The position numbers and the translations under genes are program-made. Under the pieces are notes generated by a model. The model was not told where the DNA came from. It saw only the letters and a list, made by a program, of their open reading frames with translations, and did no database searches. Of a stretch of DNA of 64,000 bases, positions 14,030-27,900 are shown in pieces. This DNA is from the human T2T-CHM13v2.0 reference genome, Homo sapiens. Numbering within the stretch: the first letter of the stretch is position 1; every line of letters begins with the position of its first letter. The DNA lies in the NCBI RefSeq assembly GCF_009914755.1, contig NC_060925.1. One strand, 5' to 3'.

Positions 14030-17000
14030 TTGAATGGAATCGTCATCGAATGAATTGAATGCAATCATCGAATGGTCTCGAATGGAATCATCTTCTAATG
14101 GAAAGTAATGGAATCATCGCATAGAATCGAATGGAATTAAAATTGAATGGACTCGAATGGAATCAACATCAAACGGAAAAAAAGGGAATTATCGAATGGA
14201 ATCGAAGAGAATCATCGAATGGACCCGAATGGAATCATCTAATGGAATGGAATGGAATAATCCATGGACTCGAATGCAATCATCATCGAATGGAATCGAA
14301 TGGAATCATCGAATGGACTCGAATGGAATAATCATTGAACGGAATCGAATGGAATCATCATCGGATGGAAACGAATGGAATCATCATCGAATGGAAATGA
14401 AAGGAGTCATGTAATGGAATTACATGGAATCATCATAAAATGGAATTGAATGGAATCAACATCAAATGGAATCCAATGGAATCATTGAACGGAATTGAAT
14501 GAATCGTCTTCGAATCAATTGAATGCAATCATCGAATGGTCTCGAATGGAATCATGTTCAAATGGAATGGAATGGAATCATCGCATAGAATCGAATGTAA
14601 TTATCATCGAATGGAATCGAATGAAATCAACAACAAACGGAAAAAAAAAGGAATTATCGAATGGAATCAAAGAGAATCATCGAATGGACCCGAATGGAAT
14701 CATCTAATGGAATGGAATGGAATAATCCATGGACTCGAATGCAATCATCATCGAATGGAATCGAATGGAATCATCGAATGGACTCGAATGGAATAATCAT
14801 AGAACGGAATCGAATGGAATCATCATCGGATGGAAATTAATGGAATCATCATCGAATGGAATCGAATAGAATTATGGAATGAAATCCAGTGTGATCATCA
14901 TCGAATGCACCCGAATGGAATCATCATCCAACGGAATCTAATGGAAACAACATCGAATGAATCGAATGGAAACACCATCGAATTGAAACGAGTGGAATTA
15001 TCATGAAATTGAAATGGATGGACTCATCATCGAATGGATTCGAATGGAATCATCGAATAAAATTGATTGAAATCATCATCAAATGGAATCGAATGGTATC
15101 ATTGAATGGAATCGAATGGAATCATCATCAGATGGAAATGAATGGAATCGTCATAGAATGGAATCGAATGGATTCATTGAATGGAATCAGATGGAATCAT
15201 CGAATGGACTGGAATGGAATCATTGAATGGACTCGAGAGGGATCATTATTGAATGGAATTGAATGGAATCATGGAATGGTCTCGATTGGAATCATTATCA
15301 AATGGAATCGAATGGAATCACCGAACAGAATCGAATGGAACCATCATCGAATGGACTCCAATGGAATTATCCTCAAATGGAATCGAATGGAATTATCGAA
15401 TGCAATCGAATGGAATTATCGAATGCAATCGAATAGAATCATCGAATGGACTCGAATGGAATCATCGAATGGAATGGAATGGAACAGTCAATGAACTCGA
15501 ATGGAATCATCATTGAATGGAATCGAATGGAATCATCGAGTGGAATCGAATGGAATTATGATCAAATGGAATCGAATGTAATCATCATCAAATGGAATCA
15601 AAGATAACCATCATCAATTGGTATTGAATGGAATTGTCATCAAATGGAATTCAAAGGAATCTTCACCAAATGGAACCGAAAGGAATCCTCATTGAATGGA
15701 AATGAAAGGGGTCATCATCTAATGGAATCGCATGCAATCATCATCAAATGGAATCGAATGGAATCATCATCAGATGGAATCTAATGGAATCATTGAACAG
15801 AATTGAATGGAATCGTCATCGAATGAATTGAATGCAATCATCGAATGGTCTCGAATGGAATCATCTTCAAATGGAATGGAATGGAATCATCGCATAGAAT
15901 CGAATGGAATTATCATCGAATGGAATCGAATGGAATCAACATCAAACGGAAAAAAACGGAATTATCGAATGGAATCGAAGAGAATCATAGAATGGTCCCG
16001 AATGGAATCGTCTAATGGAATGGAATGGAATAATCCATGGACTCGAATGCAATCATCATCGAATGGAATCGAATGGAATCATCGAATGGACTCGAATGGA
16101 ATAATCATTGAACGGAATCGAATGGAATCATCATCGGATGGAAATGAATGGAATCATTATCGAATGGAATCGAATAGAATTATGGAATGAAATCCAGTGT
16201 CATCATCATCGAATGGACCTGAATGGAATCATCATCCAACGGAAGCTAATGGAATCAACATCGAATGAATCGAATGGAAACACCATCGAATTGAAACGAG
16301 TGGAATTATCATGAAATTGAAATGGATGGACTCATCATCGAATGGATTCGAATGGAATCATCGAATAAAATTGATTGAAATCATCATCAAATGGAATCGA
16401 ATGGTAGCATTGAATGGAATCGAATGGAATCATCATCAGATGGAAATGAATGGAATCGTCATAGAATGGAATCCAATGGATTCATTGAATGGAATCAGAT
16501 GGAATCTTCGAATGGACTGGAATGGAATCATTGAATGGACTCAAAAGGGATCATTGTTGAATGGAATTGAATGGAATCATCGAATGGTCTCGATTGGAAT
16601 CATTATCAAATGGAATCGAATGGAATCACCGAATAGAATCGAATGGAACAATCATCGAATGGACTCAAATGAAATTATCCTCAAGTGGAATCGAATGGAA
16701 TTATCGAATGCAATCGAATGGAATTATCGAATGCAATCGAATAGAATCATCGAATGGACTCGAATGGAATCATCGAATGGAATGGAATGGAACAGTCAAT
16801 GAACTCGAATGGAATCATCATTGAATGGAATCGAATGGAATCATCGAGTGGAATCGAATGGAATTATGATCAAATGGAATCGAATGTAATCATCATCAAA
16901 TGGAATCAAAAATAACCATCATCAATTGGTATTCAATGGAATTGTCATCAAATGGAATTCAAAGGTATCATCATCAAATGGAACCGAATGGAATCCTCAT

Positions 17001-18950
17001 TGAATGGAAATGAAAGGGGTCATCATCTAATGGAATCGCATGGAATCATCATCAAATGGAATCGAATGGAATCATCATCAAATGGAATCTAATGGAATCA
17101 TTGAACAGAATTGAATGGAATCGTCATCGAATGAATTGAATGCAATCATCGAATGGTCTCGAATGGAATCATCTTCTAATGGAAAGTAATGGAATCATCG
17201 CATAGAATCGAATGGAATTAAAATTGAATGGACTCGAATGGAATCAACATCAAACGGAAAAAAACGGAATTATCGAATGGAATCGAAGAGAATCATCGAA
17301 CGGACCCGAATGGAATCATCTAATGGAATGGAATGGAATAATCCATGGACTCGAATGCAATCATCATCGAATGGAATCGAATGGAATCATCGAATGGACT
17401 CGAATGGAATAATCATTGAACGGAATCGAATGGAATCATCATCGGATGGAAAAGAATGGAATCATCATCGAATGGAAATGAAAGGAGTCATCATCTAATG
17501 GAATTGCATGGAATCATCATAAAATGGAATCGAATGGAATCAACATCAAATGGAATCCAATGGAATCATTGAACGGAATTGAATGGAATCGTCATCGAAT
17601 CAATTGAATGCAATCATCGAATGGTCTCGAATGGAATCATGTTCAAATGGAATGGAATGGAATCATCGCATAGAATCGAATGTAATTATCATCGAATGGA
17701 ATCGAATGAAATCAACAACAAACGGAAAAAAAAGGAATTATCGAATGGAATCAAAGAGAATCATCGAATGGACCCGAATGGAATCATCTAATGGAAGGGA
17801 ATGGAATAATCCATGGACTCGAATGCAATCATCATCGAATGGAATCGAATGGAATCATCGAATGGACTCGAATGGAATAATCATAGAACGGAATCGAATG
17901 GAATCATCATCGGATGGAAATGAATGGAATCACCATCGAATGGAATCGAATAGAATTATGGAATGAAATCCAGTGTGATCATCATCGAATGGACCCGAAG
18001 GGAATCATCATCCAACGGAAGCTAATGGAAACAACATCGAATGAATCGAATGGAAACACCATCGAATTGAAACGAGTGGAATTATCATGAAATTGAAATG
18101 GATGGACTCATCATCGAATGGATTCGAATGGAATCATCGAATAAAATTGATTGAAATCATCATCAAATGGAATCGAATGGTATCATTGAATGGAATCGAA
18201 TGGAATCATCATCAGATGGAAATGAATGGAATCGTCATAGAATGGAATCGAATGGATTCATTGAATGGAATCAGATGGAATCATCGAATGGACTGGAATG
18301 GAATCATTGAATGGACTCGAGAGGGATCATTATTGAATGGATGAATGGAATCATGGAATGGTCTCGATTGGAATCATTATCAAATGGAATCGAATGGAAT
18401 CACCGAATAGAATCGAATGGAACAATCATCGAATGGACTCCAATGGAATTATCCTCAAATGGAATCGTATGGAATTATCGAATGCAATCGAATGGAATTA
18501 TCGAATGCAATCGAATAGAATCATCGAATGGACTCGAATGGAATCATCGAATGGAATGGAATGGAACAGTCAATGAACTCGAATGGAATCATCATTGAAT
18601 GGAATCGAATGGAATCATCGAGTGGAATCGAATGGAATTATGATCAAATGGAATCGAATGTAATCATCATCAAATGGAATCAAAGATAACCATCATCAAT
18701 TGGTATTGAATGGAATTGTCATCAAATGGAATTCAAAGGAATCATCACCAAATGGAACCGAAAGGAATCCTCATTGAATGGAAATGAAAGGGGTCATCAT
18801 CTAATGGAATCGCATGGAATCATCATCAAATGGAATCGAATGGAATCATCATCAGATGGAATCTAATGGAATCATTGAACAGAATTGAATGGAATCGTCA
18901 TCGAATGAATTGAATGCAATCATCGAATGGTCTCGAACGGAATCATCTTC
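14030..18950 (+). repeat. Higher-order duplication, offset ~3084 bp (1776+1308); matching tracts ~14.0-15.85 kb and ~17.1-18.9 kb
   Basis: Private variants are shared at this offset: GGAAAGTAATGG, GGAATTAAAATTG, ATCATGTTCAAAT, GAAATCAACAACAAAC, GGAAACAACATCG, CTCGAGAGGG, TCAAAGATAACC, GAACCGAAAGG and CATCAGATGGAATCTAAT. Anchors at 15003 and 18087. Confidence 0.85.
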
Positions 18951-21900
18951 TAATGGAAAGGAATGGAATCATCGCATAGAATCGAATGGAATTAACATTG
19001 AATGGACTCGAATGGAATCAACATCAAACGGAATCAAGTGGAATTATCGAATGGAATCGAAGAGAATCATCGAATGGACTCGAATGGAATCATCTAATGG
19101 AATGGAATGGAATAATCCACGGACTCGAATGCAATCATCATCGTATAGAATCGAATGGAATCATCGAAAGGACTCGAAAGGAATAATCATTGAACGGAAT
19201 CGAATGGAATCATCATCGGATGGAAACTAATGGAATCATCATCGAATGGAAATGAAAGGAGTCATCATCTAATGGAATTGCATGGAATCATCATAAAATG
19301 GAATCGAATGGAATCATCATCAAATGGAATCAAATGGAATCATTGAACGGAATTGAATGGAATCGTCATCGAATGAATCGAATGCAATCATCGAATGGTC
19401 TCGAATGGAATCATCTTCAAATGGAATGGAATGGAATCATCGCATAGAATCGAATGGAATTATCATCGAATGGAATCGAATGGAATCAACATCAAATGGA
19501 AAAAAACGGAATTATCGAATGGAATCGAAGAGAATCATCGAATGGACCCGAATGGAATCATCTAATGGAATGGAATGGAATAATCCATGAACTCGAATGC
19601 AATCATCATCGAATGGAATCGAATGGAATCATCGAATGGACTCGAATGGAATAATCATCAAACGGAATCGAATGGAATCATCATCGGATGGAAATGAATA
19701 GAATCATCATCGAATGGAATCGAATAGAATTATGGAATGAAATCCAGTGTGATCATCATCGAATGGACCCGAATGGAATCATCATCCAACGGAAGCTAAT
19801 GGAATCAACATCGAATGAATCGAATGGAAACACCATCGAATTGAAACGAATGGAATTATCATGAAATTGAAATGGATGGACTCATCATGGAATGGATTCG
19901 AATGGAATCATCGAATAAAATTGATTGAAATCATCATCAAATGGAATCGAATGGTATCATTGAATGGAATCGAATGGAATCATCATCAGATGGAAATGAA
20001 TGGAATCGTCATAGAATGGAATCGAATGGATTCATTGAGTGGAATCAGATGGAATCATCGAATGGACTGGAATGGAATCACTGAATGGACTCGAAAGGGA
20101 TCATCATTGAATGGAATTGAATGGAATCATGGAATGGTCTCGATTGGAATCATTATCAAATGGAATCGAATGAAATCACCGAATAGAATCGAATGGAACA
20201 ATCATCGAATGGACTCAAATGGAATTATCTTCAAATGGAATCGAATGGAATTATCGAATGCAATCGAATGGAATTATCGAATGCAATCGAATAGAATCAT
20301 CGAATGGACTCGAATGGAATCATCAAATGGAATGGAATGGAACAGTCAATGAACTCGAATGGAATCATCATTGAATGGAATCGAATGGAATCATCGAGTG
20401 GAATCGAATGGAATTATGATCAAATGGAATCGAATGTAATCATCATCAAATGGAATCAAAAATAACCATCATCAATTGGTATTGAATGGATTTGTCATCA
20501 AATGGAATTCAAAGGAATCATCATCAAATGGAACCGAATGGAATCCTCATTGAATGGAAATGAAAGGGGTCATCATCTAATGGAATCGCATGGAATCATC
20601 ATCAAATGGAATCGAATGCAATCTTCATCAAATGGAATCTAATGGAATCATTGAACAGAATTGAATGGAATCGTCATCGAATGAATTGAATGCAATCATC
20701 GAATGGTCTCGAATGGAAACATCTTCTAATGGAAAGGAATGGAATCATCGCATAGAATCGAATGGAATTAACATTGAATGGACTCGAATGGAATCCACAT
20801 CAAACGGAATCAAGCGGAATTATCGAATGGAATCGAAGAGAATCATCCAATGGACTCGAATGGAATCATCTAATGGAATGGAATGGAATAATCCACGGAC
20901 TCGAATGCTATCATCATCGTATAGAATCGAATGGAATCATCGAATGGACTCGAATGGAATAATCATTGAACGGAATCAAATGGAATCATCATCGGATGGA
21001 AACGAATGGAATCATCATCGAATGGAAATGAAAAGAGTTATCATCTAATGGAATTGCATGGAATCATCATAAAATGGAATCGAATGGAATCAACATCAAA
21101 TGGAATCAAATGGAATCATTGAACGGAATTGAATGGAATCGTCATCGAATGAATTGAATGCAATCATCGAATGGTCTCGAAAGGAATCATCTTCAAATGG
21201 AATGGTATGGAATCCTCGCATAGAATCGAATGTAATTATCATCGAATGGAATCGAATGAAATCAACAACAAACGGAAAAAAAAGGAATTATCGAATGGAA
21301 TCGAAGAGAATCATCGAATGGACCCGAATGGAATGATCTAATGGAATGGAATGGAATAATCCATGGACTCGAATGCAATCATCATCGAATGGAATCGAAT
21401 CGAATCATCGAATGGACTCGAATGGAATAATCATTGAACGGAATCGCATGGAGTCATCATCGGATGGAACTGAATGGAATCATCATCGAATGGAATCGAA
21501 TAGAATTATGGAATGAAATCCAGTGTGATCAGCATCGAATGGACCCGAATGGAATCATCATCCAACGGAAGCTAATGGAATCAACATCGAATGAATCGAA
21601 TGGAAACACCATCGAATTGAAACGAATGGAATTATCATGAAAGTGATATGGATGGACTCGTCATCGAATGGATTCGAATGGAATCATCGAATAAAATTGA
21701 TTGAAATCATCATCAAGTGGAATCGAATGGTATCATTGAATGGAATCGAATGGAATCATCAGATGGAAATGAATTGAATCGTCATAGAATGGAATCGAAT
21801 GGATTCATTGAATGGAATCAGATGGAATCATCGAATGGACTGGAATGGAATCATTGAATGGACTCGAAAGGGATCATTATTGAATGGAATTGAATGGAAT

Positions 21901-24900
21901 CATCGAATGGTCTCGATTGGAATCATTATCAAATGGAATCGAATGGAATCACCGAATAGAATCGAATGGAACAATCATCGAATGGACACAAATGGAATTA
22001 TCCTCAAATGGAATCGAATGGAATTATCGAATGCAATCGAATGGAATTATCGAATGCAATCGAATAGAATCATCGAATAGATTCGAATGGAATCATCGAA
22101 TGGAATGGAATGGAACAGTCAATGAACTCGAATGGAATCATCATTGAATGGAATCGAATGGAATCATCGAGTGGAATCGAATGGAATTTTGATCAAAAGG
22201 AATCGAATGTAATCATCATCAAATGGAATCAAAAATAACAATCATCAATTGGTATTGAATGGAATTGTCATCAAATGGAATTCAAAGGAATCATCATCAA
22301 ATGGAACCGAATGGAATCCTCATTGAATGGAAATGAAAGGGGTCATCATCTAATGGAATCACATGGAATCATCATCAAATGGAATCGAAAGGAATCATCA
22401 TCAAATGGAATCTAATGGAATCATTGAACAGAATTGAATGGAATCGTCATCGAATGAATTGAATACAATCATCGAATGGTCTCGAATGGAATCATCTTCT
22501 AATGGAAAGGAATGGAATCATCGCATAGAATCGAATGGAATTAACATTGAATGGACTCGAATGGAATCAACATCTAACGGAATCAAGCGGAATTATCGAA
22601 TGTAATCGAAGAGAACCATCGAATGGACTCGAATGGAATCATCTAATGGAATGGAATGGAATAATCCACGGACTCGAATGCAATCATCATCGTATAGAAT
22701 CGAATGGAATCATTGAATGGACTCGAATGGAATCATCATTGAACGGAATCGAATGGAATCATCATCGGATGGAAACGAATGGAATTATCATCGAATGGAA
22801 ATGAAAGGAGTCATCATCTAATGGAATCGCATGGAATCATCATAAAATGGAATTGAATGGAATCAACATCAAATGGAATCAAATGGAATCATTGAACAGA
22901 ATTGAATGGAATCGTCATCGTATGAATTGAATGCAATCATCGAATGGTCTCGAATGGAATCATCTTCAAATGGAATGGAATGGAATCATCGCATAGAATC
23001 GAATGGAATTATCATCGAATGGAATCGAAAGGTATCAACATCAAACGGAAAAAAACGGAATTATCGAATGGAATCGAAGAGAATCATCGAACGGACCCGA
23101 ATGGAATCATCTAATGGAAAGGAATGGAATAATCCATGGACTGGAATCCAATCATCATCGAATGGAATCGAATGGAATCATTGAAAGGACTCTAATGGAA
23201 TAATCATTGAACGGAATCGAATGGAATCATCATCGAATGGAAACTAATGGAATCATCATCGAATGGAAATGAAAGGAGTCATCTAATGGAATTGCACGGA
23301 ATCAACATAAAATGGAATCGAATGGAATCAACATCAAATGGAATGAAATGGAATCATTGAACGGAATTGAATGGAATCTTCATCGAATGAATTGAATGCA
23401 ATCATCGAATGGTCTCGAATGGAATCATCGAATGGAATGGAATGGAACAGTCAATGAACTCGAATGGAATCATCATTGAATGGAATCGAATGGAATCATC
23501 GAGTGGAATCGAATGTAATCATCATCAAATGGAATCAAAAATAACCATCATCAAATGGAATCAAAAATAACCATCATCAATTGGTATTGAATGGAATTCT
23601 CATCAAATGGAATTCAAAGGAATCATCATCAAATGGAACCGAATGGAATCCTCATTGAATGGAAATGAAAGGGGTCATCATCTAATGGAAGCGCATGGAA
23701 TCATCATCAAATGGAATCGAATGGAATCAACATCAAATGGAATCAAATGGAATCATTGAACGGAATTGAATGGAATCGTCATCGAATGAATTGAATGCAA
23801 TCATCGAATGGTCTCGAATGGAATCATCTTCAAATGGAATGGAATGGAATCATCGCATAGAATCGAATGGAATTTTCATCGAATGGAATCGAATGGAATC
23901 AACATCAAACGGAAAAAAACGGAATTATCGAATGGAATCGAAGAGAATCACCGAATGGACCCGAATGGAATCATCTAATGGAATGGAATGGAATAATCCA
24001 TGGACTCGAATGCAATCATCATCGAATGGAATCGAATGGAATCATCGAATGGACTCGAATGCAATAATCATTGAACGGAATCGAATGGAATCATCATCGG
24101 ATGGAAACGAATGGAATCATCATCGGATGGGAATGAAAGGAGTCATCATCTAATGGAATTGCATGGAATCATCATCAAATGGAATCGAATGGAATCAACA
24201 TCAAATGGAATCAAATGGAATCATTGAACGGAATTGAATGGAATCGTCATCGAATGAATTGAATGCAATCATCGAATGGTCTCGAATGGAATCATCTTCA
24301 AATGGAATGGAATGGAATCATCGCATAGAATCGAATGGAATTCTCATCGAATGGAGTCGAATGGAATCAACATCAAACGGAAAAAAACGGAATTATCGAA
24401 TGGAATCGAAGAGAATCATCGAATGGGCCCGAATGGAATCATCTAATGGAATGGAATGGAATAATCCATGGACTCGAATGCAATCATCATCGAATGGAAT
24501 CGAATGGAATCATCGAATGGACTCGAATGGAATAATCATTGAACGGAATCGAATGGAATCATCATCGGATGGAAATGAATGGAATCATCATCGAATGGAA
24601 TCGAATAGAATTATGGAATGAAATCCAGTGTGATCATCATCGAATGGACCCGAATGGAATCATCATCCAACGGAAGCTAATGGAATCAACATCGAATGAA
24701 TCCAATGGAAACACCATCGAATTGAAACGAATGGAATTACCATGAAATTGAAATGGATGGACTCATCATCAAATGGATTCGAGTGGAATCATCGAATAAA
24801 ATTGATTGAAATCATCATCGAATGGAATCGAATGGTATCATTGAATGGAATCGAATGGAATCATCATTAGATGGAAATGAAAGGAATCGTCTTAGAATGG

Positions 24901-27900
24901 AATCGAATGGATTCATTGAATGGAATCAGATGGAATCCTTGAATGGACTGGAATGGAATCATTGAATGGAGTCGAAAGGGATCATTATTGAATGGAATTG
25001 AATGGAATCATCGAATGGTCTCGATTGGAATCATTATCAAATGGAATCGAATGGTATCACCGAATAGAATCTAATGGAACAATCATCGAATGGACTCAAA
25101 TGGAATTATCCTCAAATGGAATTGAATGGAATTATCGAATGCAATCGAATGGAATTATCGAATGCAATCGAATAGAATCATCGAATGGACTCGAATGGAA
25201 TCATCGAATGGAATGGAATGGAACAGTCAATGAACTCGAATGGAATCATCATTGAATGGAATCGAATGGAATCATCGAGTGGAATCGAATGTAATCATCA
25301 TCAAATGGAATCAAAAATAACCATCATCAAATGGAATCAAAAATAACCATCATCAATTGGTATTGAATGGAATTCTCATCAAATGGAATTCAAAGGAATC
25401 ATCATCAAATGGAACCGAATGGAATCCTCATTGAATGGAAATGAAAGGGGTCATCATCTAATGGAATCGCAAGGAATCATCATCAAATGGAATCGAAAGG
25501 AATCATCATCAAATGGAATCTGATGGAATCATTGAACAGAATTGAATGGAATCGTCATCGAATGAATTGAATGCACTCATCGAATGGTCTCGAATGGAAT
25601 CATCTTCTAATGGAAAGGAATGGAATCACCGCATAAAATCGAATGGAATTAACATTGAATGGACTCGAATGGAATCAACATCAAACGGAATCAAGCCGAA
25701 TTATCGAATGGAATCGAAGAGAATCATAGAATGGACTCGAGTGGAATCATCTAATGGAATGGAATGGAATAATCCACGGACCCGAATGCAATCATCATCG
25801 AATGGAATCGAATGGAATCATCGAATGGACTCGAGTGGAGTAAACATTGAACGGAATCGAATGGAATCATCATCGGATGGAAACGAATGGAATCATCATC
25901 GAATGGAAATGAAAGGAATCATCATCTAATGGAATTGCATGGAATCATCATCAAATGGAATCGAATGGAATCAACATCAAATGGAATCAAATGGAATCAT
26001 TGAACGGAATTGAATGGAATCGTCATCGAATGAATTGAATGCAATCATCGAATGGTCTCGAATGGAATCATCTTCAAATGGAATGGAAAGGAATCATCGC
26101 ATAGAATCGAATGGAATTATCATCGAATGGAATCGAATCGTATCAACATCAAACGGAAAAAAACGGAATTATCGAATGGAATCGAAGAGAATCTTCGAAC
26201 GGACCCGAATGGAATCATCTAATGGAATGGAATGGAACAATCCATGGACTGGAAGGCAAACATCATTGAACGGAATCGAATGGAATCATCATCGGATGGA
26301 CACGACTGGAGTCATCATCGAATGGAAATGAAAGGAGTCATCATCTAATGGAATTGCATGGAATCATCATTAAATGGAATCAAATGGAATCAACATCAAA
26401 TGGAATCAAATGGAATCATTGAACGGAATTGAATGGAATCGTCATCGAATGAATTGAATGCAATCATCGAATGGTCTCGAATGGAATCATCTTCAAATGG
26501 AATGGAATGGAATCATCGCATAAAATCTAATGGAATTATCATCGAATGGAATCGAATGGAATCAACATCAAACGGAAAAAAACGGAATTATCGAATGGAA
26601 TCGAATAGAATCATCGAATGGACCCGAATGGAATCATCTAATGGAATGGAATGGAATAATCCATGGACTCGAATGCAATCATCATCGAATGGAATCGAAT
26701 GGAATCATCCAATGGACTCGAATGGAATAATCATTGAACGGAATCGAATGGAATCATCATCGGATGGAAATGAATGGAATCATCATCGAATGGAATCGAA
26801 TAGAATTATGGAATGAAATCCAGTGTGATCATCATCGAATGGACCCGAATTGAATCATCATCCAACGGATGCTAATGGAATCAACATCGAATGAATCGAA
26901 TGGAAACACCATCGAATTGAAACGAATGGAATTACAATGAAATTGAAATGGATGGACTCATCATCGAATGGATTCGAATGGAATCATCGAATAAAATTGA
27001 TTGAAATCATCATCGAATGGAATCGAATGGTATCATTGAATGGAATCGAATGGAATCATCATAAGATGGAAATGAATGGAATCGTCATAGAATGGAATCG
27101 AATGGATTCATTGAATGGAATCAGATGGAATCATCGAATGGACTGGAAAGGAATCATTGAATGGACTCGAAAGAGATCATTATTGAATGGAATTGAATGG
27201 AATCATCGAATCGTCTCGATTGGAATCATTATCAAATGGAATCGAATGGAATCACCGAATAGAATCGAATGGAACAATCATCGAATGGACTCAAATTGAA
27301 TTATCCTCAAATGGAATCGAATGGAATTATCGAATGCAATCGAATGGAAATATCGAATGCAATCGAATAGAATCATCGAATGGACTCGAATGGAATCATC
27401 GAATGGAATGGAATGGAACAGTCAATGAAGTCGAATGGAATCATCATTGAATGGAATCGAATGGAATCATCGAGTGGAATCGAATGGAATTATGATCAAA
27501 TGGAATCGAATGTAATCATCATCAAATGGAATCAAAAATAACCATCATCAATTGGTATTGAATGGAATTGTCATCAAATGGAATTCAAAGGAAACATCAT
27601 CAAATGGAACCGAATGGAATCCTCATTGAATGGAAATGAAAGGGGTCATCATCTAATGGAATCGCATGGAATCATCATCAAATGGAATCGAATGGAATCA
27701 TCATCAAATGGAATCTAATGGAATCATTGAACAGAATTGAATGGAATCGTCATCGAATGAATTGAATGCAATCATCGAATGGTCTCGAATGGAATCATCT
27801 TCTAATGGAAAGGAACGGAATCATCTCATAGAATCGAATGGAATTATCATCGAATGGAATCGAATGGTATCAACACCAAACGGAAAAAAACGGAATTATC

